This document shows positions 1 through 7,516 of a stretch of DNA of 38,762 bases, piece after piece. A program made the position numbers and the translations under genes. The notes beneath the pieces are model-generated. The model did no database searches. It was not told the DNA's origin and worked only from the letters and a program-made list of their open reading frames with translations. Source of the DNA: Umezawaea sp. (lineage in GTDB: Bacteria > Actinomycetota > Actinomycetes > Mycobacteriales > Pseudonocardiaceae); the NCBI GenBank assembly GCA_035559015.1, contig DATMCA010001102.1, positions 1 through 38,762 of the forward strand. Direction: 5' to 3'. The stretch's first letter is position 1. Each line of letters starts with the position of its first letter.

Positions 1-86
1 GTCTGGTTGGGCCCGGTTTCTGAACTTTTTCGGCCCCCCGTGGCGTTTTGACGTGCTGTTATGACTTTTGGTGGTTTTGGCCACTA

Positions 87-482
87 CTACCAGTCATTGT
101 TACTGATGGTGAGGTTCTTACGTTGCTCTGCGTGATGTAACTGTGCGTTGGCTTTGCGCTTGATGTTGGCGATGGCGGATCCGTGGGAGCGGGAGCAGTG
201 GGCGTGCTCGGGCCGGGTGTCGTCGATGGTCCATTCGGTGCGGTCGTCGGTGACGCGGGGGATGTGGTGTCCGACGTCGAGGTGGGTGGGGCCCCTCCTG
301 CCCCCCACCTTGACGGGTACCCCCGGCATCCGGCATGGGGTGGCCTGGCAGTAGACGCCCCCACCGGCTGTGGTCTCTGCCTCTACTAGGGCCCGCCAGT
401 GGTTGACGATGCGTTTCCAGCTGGGTGTCTTGAGGCGGGGGTCTCCGGTGCGGGTGTCTTTCTGCCGGCGGGTGGTGGGCAT
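87..482 (-). CDS. HNH endonuclease, terminase-associated (HK97 gp74-like position)
   Basis: C-x4-C ... LDVGHH ... TRPEHAHCSRSHG HNH-type motif; GAGAGGA RBS before ATG 482; last gene before the genome end, as in cos phages. Confidence 0.8.
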   Translation of the reverse strand: MPTTRRQKDTRTGDPRLKTPSWKRIVNHWRALVEAETTAGGGVYCQATPCRMPGVPVKVGGRRGPTHLDVGHHIPRVTDDRTEWTIDDTRPEHAHCSRSHGSAIANIKRKANAQLHHAEQRKNLTISNNDW

Positions 483-679
483 TGTGCGTCCTCTCGGGTG
501 GAGGGGTGTCGGCCCGGGGGGTCGAGTCACCGGGCCGACGTGTTGAGGGTAGGTGGTGGGCCTCGCGTGTGCGCGCGTACCTAGGCCCCCTCCCCCTTGG
601 GATGGGTGTGCCCGCCCTGCTGATGACAGGGCGGGCACGGGTTGTGGGTTGTGACAGCTCGCGTTGGTGTACGCGGGGA

Positions 680-1132
680 TCAGACTATTGGTGGTGTGCG
701 GTTGGTGGCTTTGAGGGCTGCGCGGACGACGTCCAGTTCGTGGGTGTTGCGGTTGAGCGCCTGGTGTCCGGCTATTGCGGCGGCTTCCCATCCTGATTTG
801 GCGCCGGCGGTGATTTCGTCCCAGTCGTCGCCGTCGAAGATGGTGCTGTGGTGGTAGCGGTTGAGTTGGTTGTTCCAGGCAAGATATGCGGTGTGGCCGG
901 GGGTGGGTTCGTGGGTGGTTATCGTCTGTTTCCTTGGGTTGGGGTTATTGGGGTTGAGGTATTCGGGGCTGTCGAGGTCGTAGATTTCGGTCACTTCGGC
1001 TTCGGGTGCTTCGGTTCCTTGGCGTTCTCGGTTGATGAGTTCGGCGATTCGTTCGGCTCGTTCTTTGTCGTTGGTGACGCCGATGGGGTCTGCGTTGGGT
1101 GTGTAGGGGAAATGGACGAGGTATTTGTTCAT
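680..1132 (-). CDS. hypothetical protein (150 aa)
   Basis: MNKYLVHFP start; ATGA overlap with the upstream gene; natural-looking composition. Confidence 0.7.
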   Translation of the reverse strand: MNKYLVHFPYTPNADPIGVTNDKERAERIAELINRERQGTEAPEAEVTEIYDLDSPEYLNPNNPNPRKQTITTHEPTPGHTAYLAWNNQLNRYHHSTIFDGDDWDEITAGAKSGWEAAAIAGHQALNRNTHELDVVRAALKATNRTPPIV

Positions 1133-1305
1133 CGGGTTTTCCTGAGGTGGTCGGGGCAGATGTCTTTTCCGTCGCGGTGTGTCCATCCGGCGTTTGCGGC
1201 TGCGATTCGGGCTAGGCCTGTGCCGGGTTGCGTGGTGTAGAGGGTTTTTGGGCATGTGCCGTATTGGTATTGGTGATCGCAGTGGACGAGTACGTAGGCG
1301 CTCAT
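1129..1305 (-). CDS. small Zn-binding hypothetical protein
   Basis: CD...C...AAANAGW...DICPDH pattern typical of small actinophage proteins; ATGA coupling. Confidence 0.7.
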   Translation of the reverse strand: MSAYVLVHCDHQYQYGTCPKTLYTTQPGTGLARIAAANAGWTHRDGKDICPDHLRKTR

Positions 1306-1397
1306 CGTTTCCACCAGTCGTAGGTGAGCCATCCGAGTACCCATGTGCAGTAGATGGCGGTGGTGATGAGTGCGCCGATGGTGATGGCGTTGCTCAT
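1302..1397 (-). CDS. small membrane protein (31 aa)
   Basis: MSNAITIGALITTAIYCTWVLGWLTYDWWKR; ATGA overlaps on both sides. Confidence 0.6.
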   Translation of the reverse strand: MSNAITIGALITTAIYCTWVLGWLTYDWWKR

Positions 1398-1963
1398 GGA
1401 GTCACGCCGAGTCCGTTGCCGGGGGTTCCGGGGCGGTGTTGGACGGTCCAGGGTGCGTCGCCCTGGCGGAACCCTGTCTGCGCGGTCCGTGAGGCTGGTC
1501 CTGCGGGCTTGGTGGGGGCGGGTTGGTGTGATGGGCCTGGGGTGGGTTCGTTGGCGGCTGTGAGGGCGATGAGGGCGATGGCGGCGAGGGTGAGCCCGAT
1601 GGTGGCCTTGAGGCGGTGCCGGCGGGTGGGGCGCGGTTCCCAGCCGAGGGGGTGGTGGATTTTCCTCCATTGGGGCCATATGGCTTTTTCCCGGTATTCG
1701 TGGATGGGTTCGGTGAGGAACGCATCGAGTTTCGGGCTGGGTGCTTGGTCTGCGAGTGCGGCTTGGACGGCGGCTTTGATTCGGCCGGTATCGGCCAACG
1801 GGCTGCCGGTGAAGGTGAGGATGAGGTCGGGCCCGGGTGCGTCGACGATTGCGCGGGCTTCAGCGAGCGCGGCGAGTTCGGTTTCGTTCATGAATCCGGT
1901 GATGCGTTCGCGGTCGATGGTGTCGAGTAGTTGGCTGAGTCGTTGGCGGTCGGCGTGATTCAT
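1394..1963 (-). CDS. hypothetical membrane-anchored protein
   Basis: MNHADRQRL start; one hydrophobic segment (IGLTLAAIALIALTAA); coupled overlaps. Confidence 0.65.
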   Translation of the reverse strand: MNHADRQRLSQLLDTIDRERITGFMNETELAALAEARAIVDAPGPDLILTFTGSPLADTGRIKAAVQAALADQAPSPKLDAFLTEPIHEYREKAIWPQWRKIHHPLGWEPRPTRRHRLKATIGLTLAAIALIALTAANEPTPGPSHQPAPTKPAGPASRTAQTGFRQGDAPWTVQHRPGTPGNGLGVTP

Positions 1964-2136
1964 CGGGTCACCTCGGGTAGTGGGCCGAATTGCAGAGAGT
2001 AGATAAGGGCACCGATTTGCCATTGGGCCCAGTTTTTCGACGGCCAGTGGATTGATAGGCCGAGTTCAATTCCGTGGGTGCGCCGCATGATCCGGAACCA
2101 GTAGTGGTCGGTTTCGTGAGCCCAGACCTCTTTCAT
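1960..2136 (-). CDS. hypothetical protein (58 aa)
   Basis: MKEVWAHE start; ATGA coupling on both sides. Confidence 0.55.
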   Translation of the reverse strand: MKEVWAHETDHYWFRIMRRTHGIELGLSIHWPSKNWAQWQIGALIYSLQFGPLPEVTR

Positions 2137-2270
2137 CGTTTCCAGGTCCTTTCGCAGGCGGGGCACGGGTCAGCGGATGTGCATTGGCCGTGTGCTTGGG
2201 CGGTTTCGTGTTCGTCGCGTTCGGCTTCATGCCGTTCGGGAATCGTCGTATTCGGGCCGTAGCCGCTCAC
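2133..2270 (-). CDS. hypothetical protein (45 aa, CxxC)
   Basis: Read manually: VSGYGPN...HGQCTSADPCPACERTWKR; GTGA/ATGA overlaps fill the gap exactly. Confidence 0.5.
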   Translation of the reverse strand: MSGYGPNTTIPERHEAERDEHETAQAHGQCTSADPCPACERTWKR

Positions 2271-2359
2271 CGGAACCACCCTCTGATCTCGGGCCAGAAC
2301 CAGCCGATACCGAACGCGGCCACGTCCGCGGCCACGATGCCGGCCCAGATCGCGTTCAT
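2267..2359 (-). CDS. small membrane protein (30 aa)
   Basis: MNAIWAGIVAADVAAFGIGWFWPEIRGWFR; coupled overlaps. Confidence 0.5.
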   Translation of the reverse strand: MNAIWAGIVAADVAAFGIGWFWPEIRGWFR

Positions 2360-2742
2360 CGGGGGATTTCCTGACCGCAGGCCTCGCAGATGTCGCCCGT
2401 GGCGATCAGATCCGCGATCGGGACGTCCAGCGCTTCGGCCAGCTCGCCGAGCTCGGGAATCGACACCGCGCGCTCGCAACGCTCGATCCGGCCGAGGGTG
2501 GGCGCGTTGATCGTCCGGAGGCGGGTCGCGAACACGTCTCGGGACCACCCGGCCGCGGTGCGGCCGGCTTCGATGCGGCGGGCGAGTAGCCGGCTGGCGG
2601 TGTCGGTGATCGGGGGTGGCATTCGGGTGGCCTTTCGGGCGGGTGCGTTCGGGACGGTCGGGTGGTTGATCTGGTCGAGCAGGGCGGCGGCTTCAGCGCG
2701 GATGCGGGCGGCTTCGGGACCGAACCGCGGGTTGCCGCTCAC
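2356..2742 (-). CDS. XRE-family HTH DNA-binding protein with C-terminal CxxC
   Basis: RIEAGRTAAGWSRDVFA...TLGRIERCERAVSIPELGELAEALDV is an XRE HTH; ends in CEACGQ. Confidence 0.8.
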   Translation of the reverse strand: MSGNPRFGPEAARIRAEAAALLDQINHPTVPNAPARKATRMPPPITDTASRLLARRIEAGRTAAGWSRDVFATRLRTINAPTLGRIERCERAVSIPELGELAEALDVPIADLIATGDICEACGQEIPR

Positions 2743-3392
2743 GCCGATTCCCGCCTCGACTTGAGGGCCGCGCGGAGGTCGATCCCCGGAGGCAGCTGAA
2801 TCAATCGATCTTCGTTGAGGCGTCGCGGGCTGGTGACGTCCCCCCCAAAGTCTCTTATTGGGTGGTCATGGTTAGTAAGTGGGTGGTGGTGGCGAACGTT
2901 GCTGGTCAGAGGGGGGTCGATGGCGTGAGTTCTGCCTATCTCACGCCATTCGGGGCCCTGTTTTGGCGTGAGTTCTACCGTGACGGTGGGAGAACTCACG
3001 CCATCTAGGGTGGCGTGAGTTTCGTCCGAACTCGCGCCATTCATGGTGGCGTGAGTTCTGTCGTCCATTTCGAGCATTTTGACCCTCTCCAACAGGTCGA
3101 CCGGGATGGTGAGCCGGTAGTTCGCAGCCCGCTTTTTGGGCCCACCACCGTTCGCCGTCTTGGTGATCAGGTACAGGTCGCGGAGCGCCTTCAGATGCCT
3201 CACTGCGGTGCGTTCGGACATGCCGCAGACGTCCGCGATCGCCCCGTTGCCGGGGCGGACGTTGGACCCGTTCGGGGAGGCGTACTGAGCGAGCAGGAAC
3301 GCGACCAGCTTGGTATCCCGTGGGATCACGCAACGGCGCACGATCCGTTCCCACTCGAAGCGTCCGATGTGCTCGATTTCGGGGTCTGTCAC
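2739..3392 (-). CDS. replication initiator (N-terminal winged HTH)
   Basis: TKLVAFLLAQYA...VRPG...IADVCGMSERTAVRHLKALRDLYLI pattern; GGAGG RBS before GTG 3392; iteron array inside the gene as in lambda O. Confidence 0.8.
   Translation of the reverse strand: MTDPEIEHIGRFEWERIVRRCVIPRDTKLVAFLLAQYASPNGSNVRPGNGAIADVCGMSERTAVRHLKALRDLYLITKTANGGGPKKRAANYRLTIPVDLLERVKMLEMDDRTHATMNGASSDETHATLDGVSSPTVTVELTPKQGPEWREIGRTHAIDPPLTSNVRHHHPLTNHDHPIRDFGGDVTSPRRLNEDRLIQLPPGIDLRAALKSRRESA
2921..3059. repeat. iteron array, putative replication origin (7 x TGGCGTGAGTTCT-like, alternating orientation)
   Basis: Copies at 2921(+), 2937-2948(-), 2964(+), 2991-3003(-), 3011(+), 3027-3039(-), 3047(+); relatively AT-rich tract at about 2847-2880. 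Confidence 0.85.
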
Positions 3393-3433
3393 GTCGCCTC
3401 CCTTCGGGTCGGGTGGTGGGGCGGATGAACAGC

Positions 3434-3536
3434 ATATGCACAGGTCAGACGTGGGTTTCGTGTGGCTGAAGTGGTCCACAGGTTGTCAACCGACGGCCCA
3501 CAGGTTTTCCACACTTCATCCACAGGTTGTGGGCAG
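3434..3536. promoter_or_regulatory. cluster of DnaA-box-like 9-mers
   Basis: TTTTCCACA 3505-3513, TCATCCACA 3516-3524, TGGTCCACA 3472-3480, ATATGCACA 3434-3442; CCACAGGTT at 3476, 3498 and 3520. Confidence 0.6.
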
Positions 3537-4928
3537 TCCTAGGTCGGTGCGGACCCATGCGGGTGCGTGACCGAGCAGGAACTCGACTGCGGCGGCCGCC
3601 TGCTGGGGTACGACCCCGTTACCGAGGATGTGGAGCATCTCGTTCCGGGTGAGGTCGGGTACGCCGGTCACCCATCCGTCGTCGAGGCCCATCATCCATT
3701 CGACGAACCGGGCGCTGAGCTGTGGGTTGCCCCGGGCGCTCAGAACAGTGGGGGCGGGTGCGGGTCGTCCGAGGATTCGTTCCCATCGGTGGACGGCGCC
3801 GGCGAACGGCCCCCAATCGACATCACCAGGCTGGGAAGCATCTGATCCCCTGAGCTGCCCCGCCGGTTCGGTCCACCCTTCGTCCCGTCGCTGGCCCGGG
3901 GTGTTGGCATCAGTGCCCCGGTCAGGCACGTCTGGTCGTCGCGCTGGTTGCGTCCCTTGTGATCCCTGGTCGTCGGGGTCGGGAGGAAGCTGATCACCGT
4001 CCTGAGATCCTGCCCACCGGTCCCGTGCACTCCCGGGCCCGTGTGGTCCGACGTTTTCGGGGTCGGTAGCAACTGCTGTTCGATCTGGTCGGCCAGTGTC
4101 GGCCCGTGCCCGCCCTCCCGTCGCTTGTCCGGGTGCTGGCTGCCCCCGTTCACCGCGAGTTGGCTGGTCGGCGTCTTGAGCAGCGTCGCGGCTAGCGTGT
4201 CCAGCGACGGCCGTACCGCTGCGTTGGGCCCGTTCGACTGGTTGTTGCCGTACCTGGTCGCGGTCGGGGTTGGTAGCTGGCCAGGCAGCGACGAATACCC
4301 GGTCTCGGGGGTGGGGCGCGCCGACGTCGGAAGCGCGTAGACAGACCCATGCCGCGTCGTACCCGAGTTCGGAAAGGTCTCCGAGTACACGTCCGAGTGC
4401 CCGCAGATGAGTGGGATCGTCGTCTCCCACACAGATCGGGCAGGGTTCCACGTTGCTATCGGCGCCTGCTGATAGGGCTCCACGGACGTTCTCCCAGATG
4501 ACGAGTGTTGGACGGTGGTGGTTGATGGCCTCGACCATCGAGGCCCAGATCCCGGACCTAGTGCCGTCCCGCATACCAGCGAGCGCGCCGGCGACCGAGA
4601 CGTCTTGGCAGGGTGTGCCCCCACAGACGACTTTGACGGGTGCGGTGGTCGACCAGTTCACGATGGTGATGTCGCCAAGGTTGGGGACGTCGGGGAAACG
4701 GTGGTCGAGGACCTTCGCCGCTGATTGTTTCTGCGGCCGGCCTTTCTTCGGGGGCTCGTAGTCGGCGACCCACCTAGTGCTGGTGTTGAGCACGCGGGCG
4801 ATACCGATTTCCAAGCCTGCCATCCCAGAACACAGCGACCCCAACGGGATTGGGCTAATTGGCTCGGCGTCGGGCTGCGTCAAATCGCCGGTGGCATGAG
4901 ACGCACATCCTGATGTAGTCGTAGACAT
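3516..4928 (-). CDS. DNA (cytosine-5) methyltransferase, catalytic polypeptide
   Basis: Motif I GSLCSGMAGLE, IV GGTPCQD, VI WENV, VIII PHPRDRVF, C-terminal FVEWMMG and LGNGVVPQQA; AGGAG RBS 9 nt before ATG 4928. Confidence 0.9.
   Translation of the reverse strand: MSTTTSGCASHATGDLTQPDAEPISPIPLGSLCSGMAGLEIGIARVLNTSTRWVADYEPPKKGRPQKQSAAKVLDHRFPDVPNLGDITIVNWSTTAPVKVVCGGTPCQDVSVAGALAGMRDGTRSGIWASMVEAINHHRPTLVIWENVRGALSAGADSNVEPCPICVGDDDPTHLRALGRVLGDLSELGYDAAWVCLRASDVGAPHPRDRVFVAAWPATNPDRDQVRQQPVERAQRSGTAVAGHASRDAAQDADQPTRGERGQPAPGQATGGRARADTGRPDRTAVATDPENVGPHGPGSARDRWAGSQDGDQLPPDPDDQGSQGTQPARRPDVPDRGTDANTPGQRRDEGWTEPAGQLRGSDASQPGDVDWGPFAGAVHRWERILGRPAPAPTVLSARGNPQLSARFVEWMMGLDDGWVTGVPDLTRNEMLHILGNGVVPQQAAAAVEFLLGHAPAWVRTDLGLPTTCG
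3740..4483 (-). CDS. nested +1-frame gene with five LPTP repeats; putative methyltransferase specificity (TRD) subunit
   Basis: 247 aa open frame entirely inside the MTase; GGGAG RBS before GTG 4483; repeats LPTPTAT, LKTPTSQ, LPTPKTSD, LPTPTTRD, MPTPRASD. Confidence 0.7.
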   Translation of the reverse strand: MEPYQQAPIATWNPARSVWETTIPLICGHSDVYSETFPNSGTTRHGSVYALPTSARPTPETGYSSLPGQLPTPTATRYGNNQSNGPNAAVRPSLDTLAATLLKTPTSQLAVNGGSQHPDKRREGGHGPTLADQIEQQLLPTPKTSDHTGPGVHGTGGQDLRTVISFLPTPTTRDHKGRNQRDDQTCLTGALMPTPRASDGTKGGPNRRGSSGDQMLPSLVMSIGGRSPAPSTDGNESSDDPHPPPLF

Positions 4929-5307
4929 CTGCGTAATCTCCTGTGAGGTTGGCCCATTCGTAACGGCGCTTCGGGTTGTTCTCGCCGCATCGGGCGCACT
5001 CTTTCGGCTTGCCGCGAACGGTTCCGACCCTGAGGTGCAGAGCCGCGTATTTCGCCGCATCGCCTTTCCACGCAGGGTTTTTCGGGCCGTCTTGGTTCAG
5101 GTTCTTAGCTACTCGACGGGTGATGCCGTATCGGGGCATGATCCGCTGAAGCACCTTGACTGTGACGCCGATCTCGTCTGCTGTCTGCCTGATCGTCAGA
5201 CCGGATTCGTAGAGCGTTCGGATGCGCTCGACCAGTTCGGGTGGGTCGTTGGCGCGCGGTGGTGGAACCCACGCTGATTTGCTGCGGTCGTAGATACCCT
5301 TTGGCAT
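4855..5307 (-). CDS. HNH-type homing endonuclease with N-terminal HTH
   Basis: HTH (LYESGLTIRQTADEIGVT), NPAWKG, YAALH, CARC...YEWAN...CVSCH; lower GC than its neighbours. Confidence 0.75.
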   Translation of the reverse strand: MPKGIYDRSKSAWVPPPRANDPPELVERIRTLYESGLTIRQTADEIGVTVKVLQRIMPRYGITRRVAKNLNQDGPKNPAWKGDAAKYAALHLRVGTVRGKPKECARCGENNPKRRYEWANLTGDYADVYDYIRMCVSCHRRFDAARRRAN

Positions 5308-5331
5308 GGCTACAGCCTATCTGTATCCGGG

Positions 5332-5697
5332 TCATTTCTTGCGGCTCGGTCGGCGTGCGATCCGCTCCTCTGCCAGCTGCGCTCGGAAGTCCGGGGAGCA
5401 CGCGGGGTGATCAGTCCACCCGAGTTTGAGGGCGATCTCTCGCGGCATCTGTCGGCCGCACATCGAGCAGTTGGGCCCGCGGACGGGTGGGGGTGGGCAT
5501 TCGTGCCTACGGAACGCGGGGGCGTCTTGTGAGGGCATCTGAGCGCCCGTCAGGACCCGGGTTCGGCAGTGTCCGTCCGTCCACTCGATCACGTACTGCC
5601 CGTCGTCGTGCGCCCGGGTTTCGAGGTCGACGATGCGGCCGCCCAGGGTGATGAACCTTTGGACGGCCGCATCGCAGGTCGAGCACTGGTCGGGCAT
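5332..5697 (-). CDS. Zn-finger hypothetical protein
   Basis: CSTC, HEC, CSMC and HPAC motifs; fits operon spacing. Confidence 0.7.
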   Translation of the reverse strand: MPDQCSTCDAAVQRFITLGGRIVDLETRAHDDGQYVIEWTDGHCRTRVLTGAQMPSQDAPAFRRHECPPPPVRGPNCSMCGRQMPREIALKLGWTDHPACSPDFRAQLAEERIARRPSRKK

Positions 5698-6438
5698 TTA
5701 CTCGCTTAGTCCGGACCAGTCGGCTTCCGATCCTGGGGTTTCCTTACCCGGGATGGTGGCGCTGTCGATCTTGGCGATCTGGTCGTAGTTGTACTTGGAC
5801 ACCTGGCGCCAGTCGACCGCGTCGTCAGGCCCGGCCTTGAGCTCCTGGTAAAACCAGACGGCATCGGCGCGCACCCGGGTGTGCTCGAGTTCGCGCCGGT
5901 TGCGCTGTGAGCCAGCGATCTGCAGGGCCGTTTCCCACAGGTCCGCATCGGTGGGCCCGGTGCTCACCTCGAGTTCGTGGACTGTGCCGGGTGGTGTCCA
6001 GCCGGCCTCGAGTAGTTCGGCTTCCCGCTCCGACTGCCCGATGGTGCGGCCCCGCTCGAACTCGCGCTGTCCGTACTCGTTGGCGGCGGACCTGCTCACT
6101 TGGTAATCCCGGTCCTCGACCGGGCGGGCAGGTTCGATCGGGGCGTCTTTCGCGGCCATCCGTTCCCGGCACGACCGGCAGGGGTTGGTCGGGGTGCAGG
6201 GTTCGTCCGTCACCCCAGCATCGTGGCCCGGGAACGTCATCCCCGCCCGCCGTTCTGGGTCGTACCCCTGGTGCTCGTTCTCAGGTATGCCGAGAATGGT
6301 CATCGCCTGATGCGCCAGTTCGGCCGAGTTCCACCAGTCGTTGATGTCGGCATCCTTTAACCCGACCTCTTTCGCCCGGGTGAATAGGCTGATGAGTTGC
6401 TGGAACGGTGTCGCCGTCACAAATCCTCGGTCGCTCAT
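5698..6438 (-). CDS. hypothetical protein (246 aa)
   Basis: Long ORF with high-GC3 codons; ATGA coupling; PCRSC motif. Confidence 0.7.
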   Translation of the reverse strand: MSDRGFVTATPFQQLISLFTRAKEVGLKDADINDWWNSAELAHQAMTILGIPENEHQGYDPERRAGMTFPGHDAGVTDEPCTPTNPCRSCRERMAAKDAPIEPARPVEDRDYQVSRSAANEYGQREFERGRTIGQSEREAELLEAGWTPPGTVHELEVSTGPTDADLWETALQIAGSQRNRRELEHTRVRADAVWFYQELKAGPDDAVDWRQVSKYNYDQIAKIDSATIPGKETPGSEADWSGLSE

Positions 6439-6746
6439 GATTCCTTCCCGTGGGTTTTGATCACGGCGACCGTGTCCGGGCCGTTCGCGATCAGGATCCG
6501 ATCACTGATTCCCGGGTGCTGCTCACGCAGCTTCGCCCGGATCGCCTCGAGCTGGTCTGGGTGGGCGTTCTTCCACGCGAGCAGTAGGTAATCGTCCGGG
6601 CCCACGATCACGGCCTGCGAGACGGCCCGGGCGACCTCGAGTTCGTGCGCTCGCTGTGCCTCGATCGCCTCGACGTCGAGCTTCCCCAACGGACTCGGGG
6701 CGGCCGGTGGGGTCGTGGGCTTCCTCAGCTTGTCCGAGTCACGCAT
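6435..6746 (-). CDS. hypothetical protein (103 aa)
   Basis: TGATG and ATGA overlaps with neighbours. Confidence 0.7.
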   Translation of the reverse strand: MRDSDKLRKPTTPPAAPSPLGKLDVEAIEAQRAHELEVARAVSQAVIVGPDDYLLLAWKNAHPDQLEAIRAKLREQHPGISDRILIANGPDTVAVIKTHGKES

Positions 6747-7516
6747 CAGGCGCTCGCCAGCTTCCGGGGCTTCAGCTCGCCCAACCAGTCCAACGTCAGC
6801 TGGTTGTCCTTCTTGGTCCCCTCATCACCCTGCTCTGACGACACGGTGCCCACGAACGCGGACCCGCACTCGATCACGAACCCGCTACCCGGCGCGTTCC
6901 CGGTCGGGCGGATCCGGACCGGCGCCCCGTACTGCTGGCCGGCATCCTTGAACAGGGCCAGGATCTTCGGGTCCTGCTTCAGCACCCGGGGCGCGTTGGT
7001 GGCGTCGGCTTCGGCGAGCGCACGACCGGTCATCTCGATCAGGTCGGGGAACAACTCGTGCGGGTCGTCGAGGTTGATCACGAACCGCTCGCCGGCGGAC
7101 TGCCCGCCGCCGATGTTCTCGAACTCGACCTCACCAGCTGCGTGGGCGTACGTGATCGCGGTGACCGGGTCGAGGTCCTCGTCCTTGCCCATGCGGGCGG
7201 CGGCGAACATCTGCAACCACAGCTTCACGACGTCGGGCCGCAGGTCGATCACGAGGGGCCCGTCGTCGGGTTCCCACAGGTTGCCGCGGGTGTCGCCGCC
7301 GTCCTTCAGCGGGAGGTATTTCATGCGGGCGAGCGCGGTCGTGGTGCCCTGGGTGGCACCGACGTACGCGGTCCCGTTCGCCAGGATGAGACGCACCCGG
7401 TGGAGGGCGATGTCGTCGTCCCGCTTGGTGCGCTTGCGGTGGGGGAACACTGCGGCGAGCGCTGCCCGCAGTTCGGGGGTGCGGACCTTCACGGTCGCGC
7501 TGGTGGTGACGGTCAT
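6746..7516 (-). CDS. DNA polymerase III beta-clamp-like protein (two-domain size)
   Basis: ELRAALAAVFPH...LHRVRL...AYVGATQGTTTALA and FPDL resemble the DnaN middle-domain L..V.L...vATDg.rLa and FPd motifs. Confidence 0.55.
   Translation of the reverse strand: MTVTTSATVKVRTPELRAALAAVFPHRKRTKRDDDIALHRVRLILANGTAYVGATQGTTTALARMKYLPLKDGGDTRGNLWEPDDGPLVIDLRPDVVKLWLQMFAAARMGKDEDLDPVTAITYAHAAGEVEFENIGGGQSAGERFVINLDDPHELFPDLIEMTGRALAEADATNAPRVLKQDPKILALFKDAGQQYGAPVRIRPTGNAPGSGFVIECGSAFVGTVSSEQGDEGTKKDNQLTLDWLGELKPRKLASA

Noticed and set aside
2921-3059. CRISPR-like array
   Set aside because: Units are about 13 bp, alternate in orientation, have very short spacers and lie inside a coding gene; they fit iterons
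4855-5335. Group I intron around the HNH gene
   Set aside because: Only about 20 nt lie outside the ORF and no P/Q/R/S core is visible
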